Shown piece by piece: positions 1 to 5,588 of a stretch of 6,280 nucleotides of DNA. Position 1 is the first letter of the stretch; the number at the start of each line of letters is the position of its first letter. The position numbers and the translations under genes are program-made. Source of the stretch: a virus (Duplodnaviria; Heunggongvirae; Uroviricota; Caudoviricetes); the IMG/VR virus record IMGVR_UViG_2690315994_000034; one strand, written 5' to 3'. The notes below the pieces were generated by a model. It was given only the letters and a program-made list of their open reading frames with translations. It searched no databases and was not told where the DNA came from.

Positions 1-852
1 TTAACCGGCTTCGTTTTGACAGGTTGCCGGTCTTTCTTTTTTCACTTTCGCCAGTTCTTCCGCAGAGTAATGCGACGCGACATCCAGCCGTCGAAGCCCC
101 ATTTTGATGTACTCGCTGTTGATCTCAATACCAATGAATTTTCGTCCGCTGGCGATGGCTACGGCACCGGTAGTAAAGCTACCAGCAAACGGGTCGAGAA
201 CGATATCGCCTGGGTTGGAAGAGGCGAGAATAATGCGTTTCAGTAAGGCTTCCGGTTTTTGCGTCGGGTGGTTTTCATATTCATCCATCAAATAACGCAC
301 GCGCGGAAAATCCCAGACGTTACCCGGTACTTTTTGATGATTGTAAGGCTGTGGAGGATTTTTGCGATAATCGATCAACGCGCGCTGCGATCCGGTTTTG
401 GCTTCTACCAGAATAGCATCACCGTTGAATGTGTAGTTCTTTGCGTCTTTCACCATCATCAGGATGGGTTCGTACATGGAGCCGTAGTGTTTTTTCGCCT
501 GCACTCCAGAACTGTCATATGACCAGACGATGCGACTTTTGATGGTAAAAAGCTTGCGGCACTGGAGATCGATAAAGGGCATGTTTTCCGTACTGTTCAT
601 GATGTACATGCTGCCCTGCTTTTTCAGAACGCGGTGGCACTCTGCAATCACTTCTAACAGCCAGTCGATAAACAGATCTTCTTTCCAGGCTTCGATCAGA
701 CCATCAAAATTTTTACCGATGTTATACGGTGGGTCGGCAAAGATCAGATCGACGCTTTCAGTAGGTAGCTTTTTAAGTTCGGCAAGGGCATCACCGTGAA
801 TAATGGTCTTAGCTTCATTACCAAACCGGGTCGGTTCACATCCTGTTCTCAT
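1..852 (-). CDS. yhdJ: DNA adenine methyltransferase YhdJ-like (complete, 283 aa)
   Basis: Reverse-strand ORF with stop TAA at 1-3. Likely true start is ATG at 850-852 (protein begins MRTGCEPTRFGNEAKTIIHGDALAELKK), preceded by AAGGGAG 5 nt upstream; the ORF-track start at 916-918 is a TTG giving a 22-aa extension. Contains the DPPY motif (IFADPPYNIG) and an AdoMet-binding-like LDPFAGSFTTG segment typical of N6-adenine/N4-cytosine methyltransferases. N-terminus matches my recollection of E. coli YhdJ. Confidence 0.9.
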   Translation of the reverse strand: MRTGCEPTRFGNEAKTIIHGDALAELKKLPTESVDLIFADPPYNIGKNFDGLIEAWKEDLFIDWLLEVIAECHRVLKKQGSMYIMNSTENMPFIDLQCRKLFTIKSRIVWSYDSSGVQAKKHYGSMYEPILMMVKDAKNYTFNGDAILVEAKTGSQRALIDYRKNPPQPYNHQKVPGNVWDFPRVRYLMDEYENHPTQKPEALLKRIILASSNPGDIVLDPFAGSFTTGAVAIASGRKFIGIEINSEYIKMGLRRLDVASHYSAEELAKVKKERPATCQNEAG

Positions 853-876
853 GGTCACTCCCTTTGTGACACCTAT

Positions 877-914
877 AAAAAAGGCGCTTCCCCATGCCGA
901 GTAGCGCCTTTTAA
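877..914 (-). terminator. Rho-independent terminator, probably the fis terminator
   Basis: Stem GGCGCT (883-888) / AGCGCC (903-908), extendable by A:T pairs to 10 bp, 14-nt loop. On the minus strand the stem is followed by TTTTTT (complement of 877-882); on the plus strand by TTTT. Lies between the fis 3' remnant and the yhdJ start. Confidence 0.55.
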
Positions 915-936
915 TCAAGCAATTAGCTAACCTGAA

Positions 937-957
937 TTAGTTCATGCCGTACTGTCA
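937..957 (-). other. fis: Remnant of fis 3' end; probable element/chromosome junction (att core copy)
   Basis: Minus strand reads TGA CAG TAC GGC ATG AAC TAA (stop-Q-Y-G-M-N-stop). Fis ends ..KKYGMN as I recall it. An in-frame stop sits immediately upstream, so only the last codons are present and upstream sequence is unrelated and AT-rich. Confidence 0.5.
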
Positions 958-1036
958 GATTAGCTGTTTTCATGCTTTTAGGTGATTTTAGTATTTATAT
1001 AATAATCAATGGCTTATTTAAATTTATGCCTGTATA

Positions 1037-1065
1037 TTGTTCCAGTGTTTTTCTTTGTTTATGCT
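1037..1065 (+). promoter_or_regulatory. Candidate sigma70 promoter for the integrase gene
   Basis: TTGTTC (1037-1042), 17-bp spacer, TATGCT (1060-1065), about 55 nt upstream of the integrase ATG. Weak match; region is AT-rich so chance matches are likely. Confidence 0.2.
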
Positions 1066-1081
1066 ATTATGCAAGCAATTC

Positions 1082-1103
1082 TGTATAAACATTTGTATAA
1101 ACA
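1082..1103 (+). repeat. Tandem direct repeat TGTATAAACA x2 in the integrase leader
   Basis: Identical 10-mers at 1082-1091 and 1094-1103, 18-27 nt upstream of the integrase ATG; a related TGTATATTGT at 1031-1040. Confidence 0.6.
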
Positions 1104-1120
1104 CTTTGGGCTGGTGGTCT

Positions 1121-2347
1121 ATGGCTGGCGAACTTAACAAACTGAGCGACAGGAAGTTAAAGGGATTACATGGCATCCCGGCCAGTAAGATTGAGTTCTA
1201 TGCTGATGGTGCCGGGCTGAGTGCCAAGGTAACGAAAGCTGGTGGTATTAGCTGGGTGTTTACTTACCGACTCGACGGGCAGAAGTTGCATCGTCTTACT
1301 CTGGGACGATACCCGGATATGAGCCTCAAAGAGGCCCGTTCCTCGCGTGATAAATGCCGCCAGTGGCTGGCCTCAGGTAAAGACCCAAAGCACCAGTTGG
1401 CGCTAACTACTCAGGAAACGCTTAAACCGGTCACGGTGCAGGAAGCTATCGAATACTGGATACGTGAATATGCAGAAGAGAATCGCGCGAATGTTGAGCG
1501 GCATAAAGCGGAGCTACGCAAACATATTTACCCTTACATTGGAAAAATGGCGCTCGCTGACTGCGAAACCCGATACTGGCTTGACTGCTTTGACAGGATG
1601 AAAAAGAAAACGCCAGTCGCCGCAGGTTATGTGTTCCAGATGTGCAAACAAGCCCTGAAATTCTGCCGGGTTCGTCGCTATGCTGTGAGTACCGCGCTTG
1701 AAGATTTAACAATTCCAGATGTCGGTAAAAAACAGGCAAAAAAAGATCGGGTATTAAACGATAAAGAGGCTGGCGATTTATGGACTGCCATTACCTCTAG
1801 CACTTGCTTCATGCCTTACTACACCAGGCTACTGACAATCTTAATGGTGTTTGGGTGCCGAACGCAGGAGGCCAGACTATCAGAGTGGAGTGAATGGGAT
1901 ATGGATGCCTGGGTCTGGACAGTTCCCAAAGAGCACAGCAAGGGCGGCGAGAAGATTGTAAGACCTGTGCCGGATGCCATGCGCAAATTCATTGAAATAC
2001 TGCATGATGAAACGAAACTATCCGGTCTTTTGCTTGGGTCGGTTAAAGGCAGTGAAGCGGTAAGCCAGTGGGGCCGTAGCGTTTATAAAAAGCTGGGGCA
2101 TTCTGAACCATGGACACTGCACGATCTAAGACGAACTTTAGCAACGCATATGAATAATATGGGTATAGCACCACACGTTGTCGAACAGTTGTTGGGGCAC
2201 TCAATGCCGGGAGTTATGGCGATTTATAACCGTAGTCTGTACTTGCCTGAGAAGCTGGACGCGCTGAATAAGTGGTATGAACGATTAGAACTTCTTGCGG
2301 GTAATCATCAAAATGTGGTTCTGTTACCTGTAATGAATAGAGATTAA
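1121..2347 (+). CDS. int: Tyrosine recombinase, P4-type phage integrase (408 aa)
   Basis: Likely start ATG 1121 (MAGELNKLSDRKLK..); the ORF-track start 1037 is TTG. N-terminal region (LSDRKLKGL..YADGAGLSAKVTKAGGISWVFTYRLDGQKLHRLTLGRYPDMSLKEAR) resembles the arm-binding domain of P4-like integrases. C-terminal catalytic signature present: R in FGCRTQEARLSEW, HDLRRT, LLGHS, tyrosine in AIYNRS. Stop TAA 2345-2347. Confidence 0.9.
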   Translation: MAGELNKLSDRKLKGLHGIPASKIEFYADGAGLSAKVTKAGGISWVFTYRLDGQKLHRLTLGRYPDMSLKEARSSRDKCRQWLASGKDPKHQLALTTQETLKPVTVQEAIEYWIREYAEENRANVERHKAELRKHIYPYIGKMALADCETRYWLDCFDRMKKKTPVAAGYVFQMCKQALKFCRVRRYAVSTALEDLTIPDVGKKQAKKDRVLNDKEAGDLWTAITSSTCFMPYYTRLLTILMVFGCRTQEARLSEWSEWDMDAWVWTVPKEHSKGGEKIVRPVPDAMRKFIEILHDETKLSGLLLGSVKGSEAVSQWGRSVYKKLGHSEPWTLHDLRRTLATHMNNMGIAPHVVEQLLGHSMPGVMAIYNRSLYLPEKLDALNKWYERLELLAGNHQNVVLLPVMNRD

Positions 2348-2380
2348 ACTGATATTGCGGGCCTAGGTCGGCCAACCGAA

Positions 2381-2402
2381 AAGCGGGAAACCCTACCCGC
2401 TT
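2381..2402 (+). terminator. Hairpin between integrase and next gene; weak terminator candidate
   Basis: AAGCGGG (2381-2387), 8-nt loop, CCCGCTT (2396-2402); flanked by a partial outer palindrome GCCAA..TTGGC. No T tract follows, so terminator function is doubtful. Confidence 0.25.
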
Positions 2403-2440
2403 GGCTCGCAAATTAATTTAGGGGCGTTGAGGGCAGCGCA

Positions 2441-3370
2441 ATGGCTAACGACATTAAAATACCTTTTCAATACTGCAATATTGAACGTGCGTCGAGATTG
2501 CTGGGTTGTGAGATTAGCGACCTGATTAATTTAGGTGTTACTAAAAAAATATCTTTATGTCTAAATTTGTTTGATGCTCGCGCTGTTTTATATATGAGAA
2601 CTGACAGCAAATCTGCATGCGACTGGTTCGATACCAGAAAGGCAAACTCCACCACATCCATGATGGGAAACAATATTACTGAATTTTCCAGGCTTCATCT
2701 CTACAGATGCGATTACAATGAGGAAACGGAAGAAACGATTCACGTGCCTTTATTTGGTCAAGATACAGAAAATGGGTGTTTCAGTTCTATTGGTAAGGCT
2801 TATGGGTTGTGGCGTCTTTGGAGCGGATTAGAAGAGCTACAAAATTTTGGAGAGTATGCCCTAAGTGGTTTTGAATTAACCCCGTGCCATCCAGAAACTG
2901 ATAATCCCGCCGTACAGCTTTTAATGGTTGGCGAAGATAGCGATTATGATGAAGAAGACGATCAAGTATTCAAAAATAAAATCTCTATAAACGATTTGTG
3001 GATTACTGCTCAGGATATAAGGCGGCTCCTTGACTGTGGTGGCGATTATTTCACGCTGACAGATGATATTGAATTTGTAGAACCTCATAAGATGAATGGC
3101 AATGAAATTGTTCATCATTCTGCTGAAAGACATGCAAGAAATCGAGAGCAAATTTTAATGGTAGCCATGCGCTTCAAAGAAGAGCAGCAAAATGCTTTTA
3201 ATGAGAGTTGCAGAAAAACAGATGGAACTATTAACTATTCTGCCTGGGCCCGTGAGTTGATCGCCAGACCTGACTGGTTCATCAATGGTGAATTGCCAAT
3301 AAAAACAGAAACGAAAATAGCAGCAATATTAAACAATGCGCATAAGAGGCCGAGCGAAAGAACACAGTAA
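2441..3370 (+). CDS. Hypothetical protein, 309 aa, function unknown
   Basis: ATG at 2441 with GAGGG 7 nt upstream; stop TAA 3368-3370. Noticeably AT-richer than flanking genes (first 60 nt are about 37% GC). Contains acidic patch GEDSDYDEEDDQ and two helix-turn-helix-like stretches (IERASRLLGCEISDLINLG and ISINDLWITAQDIRRLLDCGG). No catalytic motif recognised. Confidence 0.65.
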   Translation: MANDIKIPFQYCNIERASRLLGCEISDLINLGVTKKISLCLNLFDARAVLYMRTDSKSACDWFDTRKANSTTSMMGNNITEFSRLHLYRCDYNEETEETIHVPLFGQDTENGCFSSIGKAYGLWRLWSGLEELQNFGEYALSGFELTPCHPETDNPAVQLLMVGEDSDYDEEDDQVFKNKISINDLWITAQDIRRLLDCGGDYFTLTDDIEFVEPHKMNGNEIVHHSAERHARNREQILMVAMRFKEEQQNAFNESCRKTDGTINYSAWARELIARPDWFINGELPIKTETKIAAILNNAHKRPSERTQ

Positions 3371-3391
3371 GCCTTACTCATATACTCCTAT

Positions 3392-3428
3392 AGCATACTG
3401 ATATATTTATAAGCATTATCAGTATGCT
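3392..3428. repeat. 12-bp perfect inverted repeat AGCATACTGATA / TATCAGTATGCT with 13-bp spacer
   Basis: Arms at 3392-3403 and 3417-3428, between the 309-aa gene stop and the alpA start; followed by ATGCTT x2. Could be an operator, recombination-related site or terminator. Confidence 0.5.
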
Positions 3429-3508
3429 TCTATGCTTACAACTGTATTTCTATCCAGTGTTAACGGTTGCAAACTAGCCTCCACAAACTTAGAAACAGTG
3501 GAGGCAAC

Positions 3509-3793
3509 ATGCAAAACCCCATTTTTACCCCGCCTAATCCTGAACAGCGCCGCACCCTTTTAGAAGAGTACGGCTTTAAGTTCGATCGTCGAATCCGTGA
3601 AGAAGAATGTAGCGAGATCACCAGCCTTTCCCGTTCCAGCCGTTGGAAAATGGAGCAGCAAGGACGATTTCCGCCACGCTGCCACTTCGGCCGCAATAGC
3701 TGTGCCTGGCTTCTTTCTGATGTGCTCTGGTGGGTTCGTAATCCGCCTGTAGTAGAGAACGTCAATAACCCATACAGCCGCAAATCTGCTTAA
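3509..3793 (+). CDS. alpA: AlpA-family phage transcriptional regulator / excisionase-like HTH protein (94 aa)
   Basis: Likely start ATG 3509 with GTGGAGG 4 nt upstream; ORF-track start 3467 is TTG. Segment ITSLSRSSRWKMEQQGRFPPRCHFGRNSCAWLLSDVLWWVRN fits the AlpA pattern (LSRSTIYR..G.FP.P...G.R...W...EV..W). Confidence 0.8.
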   Translation: MQNPIFTPPNPEQRRTLLEEYGFKFDRRIREEECSEITSLSRSSRWKMEQQGRFPPRCHFGRNSCAWLLSDVLWWVRNPPVVENVNNPYSRKSA

Positions 3794-3813
3794 TTAACTA
3801 CAGGTAATCAGAG

Positions 3814-4524
3814 ATGAAAAAGATTAATGCCCTCAACGGGCAGGGATTCGCTCACCCTGAAGCCAGCCAGAGCGATATTTTAATTAATCACAAATCGGAG
3901 CCGCGTATCGATTCCCGCGTTATTTCAGAGCGAGCCGGAATACAACATGAAAGCCTAAGCGCGACGATTAAATCGCACCAGAGCAGATTGCGCGAGCTGG
4001 GATCACTGCCTCGTCAGTCACTCAAGGAATTAACCGATTTGAAATCGGGAAAATCCGGCCGAAAGCGTGGGCGTCCTGAGATTAGTTATCTGCTGAATGA
4101 GCCGCAGCTCGACTATCTGCTGCGTATCACCCGAGGGCGTGATCCTGAGCGTATTAACCAGTTCAAACTGGATGTTACGAAGGCATTCACTAAGCGCCGC
4201 GCCGCAGAACCTATCCGCCGTGAGTACCTGCCTGGCTATCACGAAAGCCGCGACAGATTAAAAGCTCTGGGCGCACAACGGCACCATTACATCAATCTGG
4301 CCCGCGCTGAAAACCGCGTGGCTGGTTTGTCTGATGGTGAACGCGGTACCGCAGACGAACAGCAATTGGGGCTGTTGGTAGTGATGCAGAAAATCGAACA
4401 GGCGGCCTTTAATGAGGCGGTGCGTAATGACATGAGTCCAGGCGATGCGGTGCGTGAGGTTGCCCGCCGTATGGATGCGTTCGCCAGCCTGATCACTTCA
4501 TCGTCAGTGTTGGAGATTCGCTGA
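3814..4524 (+). CDS. Rha-family phage regulatory protein-like (236 aa)
   Basis: ATG 3814, stop TGA 4522-4524. Segments DSRVISERAGIQHESLSATIKS and ISYLLNEPQLDYLLRITRGRDPERINQFKLDVTKAF resemble the Rha N-terminal domain as I remember it (..TSSR.IAE.FGKRH..VLR.I.. and ..GY.LT..GF..L.M.FTG..A..FK..YI.AF..). Confidence 0.65.
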   Translation: MKKINALNGQGFAHPEASQSDILINHKSEPRIDSRVISERAGIQHESLSATIKSHQSRLRELGSLPRQSLKELTDLKSGKSGRKRGRPEISYLLNEPQLDYLLRITRGRDPERINQFKLDVTKAFTKRRAAEPIRREYLPGYHESRDRLKALGAQRHHYINLARAENRVAGLSDGERGTADEQQLGLLVVMQKIEQAAFNEAVRNDMSPGDAVREVARRMDAFASLITSSSVLEIR

Positions 4525-4546
4525 TGCGTCTTATGCCTAAAATTTT

Positions 4547-4568
4547 GCGCTCCCCCGTTTGGGGGCGC
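4547..4568 (+). terminator. GC-rich hairpin just downstream of the Rha-like gene; weak terminator candidate
   Basis: GCGCTCCCCC / GTTT loop / GGGGGCGC, 23 nt after the stop. No clear T tract on the plus strand (TCAAATCC follows). Confidence 0.25.
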
Positions 4569-4663
4569 TCAAATCCTTGTGAGTTAGCCGCGTGCTATTT
4601 GCATAACTCAATCAGGGTTGCGCAGAATTTGAGCCGACGAAATTCGCACGTACAAATTAACCG

Positions 4664-4680
4664 CGTACGTTTAACGTACG
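4664..4680. promoter_or_regulatory. 17-bp palindrome CGTACGTTTAACGTACG; candidate operator
   Basis: Perfect 8-bp arms around a central T; contains two CGTACG hexamers; a further ACGTAC at 4648-4653. Same core as the palindromes at 5247-5286. Confidence 0.4.
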
Positions 4681-4832
4681 GACATCTCAACCCATTGAAT
4701 CATTTTGATTATCGCGAAACGCGAGAATTGGCGAGCAACGAACACGAACAGTATTCGGGTTCTCCTGAACATCAACACTGCTTAGGTTCAGAGGTTCCGA
4801 CGAAAAACGTAGAGAGCTGCGAAGATAACCAA

Positions 4833-4847
4833 CCCTCTTTAAGAGGG
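4833..4847 (-). terminator. Candidate terminator of the leftward RHH/small-peptide operon
   Basis: Palindrome CCCTCTTTAAGAGGG. On the minus strand the hairpin is followed by TTGGTTATCTT, and it lies 33-47 nt downstream of the small-peptide stop. Confidence 0.3.
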
Positions 4848-4879
4848 CCAGTTAAAGGCATTACAGGGAGTAACCCTGA

Positions 4880-5032
4880 TCAGCCATTTTTACAGCCTTT
4901 CAGTACATCGCCAGGGTTAACGGAACAGTCAGGCTTCCAAAGCGAATCGAAAAAACCGAATTGGTACAAAATCCATAAAATAATTAGTGCAATGAGAATG
5001 CGACCTGGGAGGGTATGTAACAGCCAGTTCAT
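4880..5032 (-). CDS. Small single-pass membrane peptide, 50 aa (not in the ORF track)
   Basis: Hand-translated minus strand: ATG at 5030-5032 preceded by GAAGGAG (5041-5047) with 8-nt spacing; stop TGA at 4880-4882. Product MNWLLHTLPGRILIALIILWILYQFGFFDSLWKPDCSVNPGDVLKGCKNG has an 18-residue hydrophobic stretch and a short polar tail with two Cys. Starts 21 nt after the RHH gene stop. Confidence 0.5.
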   Translation of the reverse strand: MNWLLHTLPGRILIALIILWILYQFGFFDSLWKPDCSVNPGDVLKGCKNG

Positions 5033-5053
5033 TATTTTATCTCCTTCTGAAAT

Positions 5054-5245
5054 TCAACCTTTTGGCTCTATGCCGCGCCGCTTTAGTTCTGCCCTAGCTA
5101 ATTCTTTAAACCAGTTACCAAGGGTTAGACCGTCAGAAGTTGCCGCCTCATTTACTTGTTGGCGTAGCTCTTTACTGATTCTGATTTGGAAGGTTGGAGA
5201 CCATCCCTCACCGCGTGGCGATTTATCGCGCTTTAATGTTGACAT
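5054..5245 (-). CDS. Ribbon-helix-helix (Arc/MetJ/CopG-like) DNA-binding protein, 63 aa
   Basis: ATG at 5243-5245, only possible start (in-frame TAG upstream); AGGAG 12 nt upstream. PTFQIRISKELRQQVNEAATSDGLTLGNWFKELARAELKRRG fits strand / helix / G-x-T turn / helix of RHH repressors, compared by eye with P22 Mnt and Arc. Confidence 0.5.
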   Translation of the reverse strand: MSTLKRDKSPRGEGWSPTFQIRISKELRQQVNEAATSDGLTLGNWFKELARAELKRRGIEPKG

Positions 5246-5267
5246 GTACGTACGTAACTCCTATTAT
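5239..5267 (+). promoter_or_regulatory. Near-consensus sigma70 promoter, rightward
   Basis: TTGACA (5239-5244), 17-bp spacer, TATTAT (5262-5267); predicted start near 5274. The -35 box overlaps the RHH start codon on the opposite strand. Confidence 0.5.
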
Positions 5268-5286
5268 CATTGCTGTTACGTACGTA
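5247..5286. promoter_or_regulatory. Twin palindromic operator candidates TACGTACGTA x2
   Basis: Identical 10-bp perfect palindromes at 5247-5256 (inside the promoter spacer) and 5277-5286 (at the predicted transcription start), spaced exactly 30 bp. Confidence 0.5.
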
Positions 5287-5303
5287 CAATATCAGTAGGT
5301 ACA

Positions 5304-5346
5304 GTAAAAAGCAAAGCCCCGCAAGTGTCGTTACCACTCGCAGGGC
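5304..5346 (-). terminator. Strong hairpin, terminator-like on the minus strand
   Basis: GCCCCGCAAGTG (5316-5327), loop TCGTTAC, CACTCGCAGGGC (5335-5346): 12-bp stem with two mismatches. On the minus strand it is followed by TTTGCTTTTTAC; on the plus strand by TTCTAACC (poor). Lies in the leader between the promoter and gene 5385-5588. Confidence 0.4.
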
Positions 5347-5384
5347 TTCTAACCACCAACGATAGAAAGCGTATCGAGGTAGCT

Positions 5385-5588
5385 ATGAGAAATCATACCA
5401 CACACCCGCAAGGGCGGGACTCGCACAACCTGAATAAATACATCTGGCGTTTTATCGCCCTGAGCACGGCACAACCGCGCGTGATTACCATTGAGGCCAC
5501 CAGCGAACAGGAAGCACGCCAGCAATCTCCGGCTGGCTGCGTGATGGTATTCGCTGCCCGTATTCGTCAGGGGTCACATCATGCGTAA
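5385..5588 (+). CDS. Small protein, 67 aa, ends in ARIRQG motif; possibly Ash-like/Icd-like
   Basis: ATG 5385 with GAGG 5 nt upstream; stop TAA 5586-5588 overlaps the next ATG (ATGCGTAA). Shares YxWRF..EATSEQEARQQ..FAARIRQG with the C-terminus of the next ORF. The family name is a vague recollection, not a verified match. Confidence 0.55.
   Translation: MRNHTTHPQGRDSHNLNKYIWRFIALSTAQPRVITIEATSEQEARQQSPAGCVMVFAARIRQGSHHA

Noticed and set aside
16-799. Plus-strand ORFs 16-246, 104-295, 259-522 and 530-799
   Set aside because: All lie antisense within the well-supported yhdJ gene and have no start signals.
853-918. Longer yhdJ start at 916-918
   Set aside because: It is a TTG, and the extension would run through the terminator hairpin; ATG 850-852 has a strong SD.
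1037-1120. N-terminal extension of the integrase from the ORF-track start
   Set aside because: The start at 1037 is TTG inside the AT-rich leader and would add a 28-aa hydrophobic extension; ATG 1121 gives an N-terminus that looks like P4-type integrases.
853-1120. A tRNA or tmRNA gene as the integration target
   Set aside because: No cloverleaf-compatible sequence or conserved tRNA boxes seen by eye in the junction region; the fis 3' remnant explains the junction better.
3467-3508. Upstream TTG start for the AlpA-like gene
   Set aside because: TTG with no SD; ATG 3509 has GTGGAGG at good spacing.
1446-4496. Minus-strand ORFs 1446-1739, 2214-2411, 2467-2673, 2921-3151, 3460-3783, 4030-4242 and 4287-4496
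   Set aside because: Shadow ORFs antisense to the integrase, 309-aa, AlpA and Rha-like genes; translations are not protein-like and lack SD sites.
4524-5588. 354-aa plus-strand ORF, the longest open frame in the region
   Set aside because: Translation is low-complexity and not protein-like for most of its length. It runs straight through the consensus promoter and operator palindromes and is antisense to the RHH and small-peptide genes, which have better signals. Only its last 67 codons (5385-5588) have an SD and paralogue support. Not fully excluded: the first 119 codons (4524-4880) are open and start on a TGATG overlap with the Rha-like stop.
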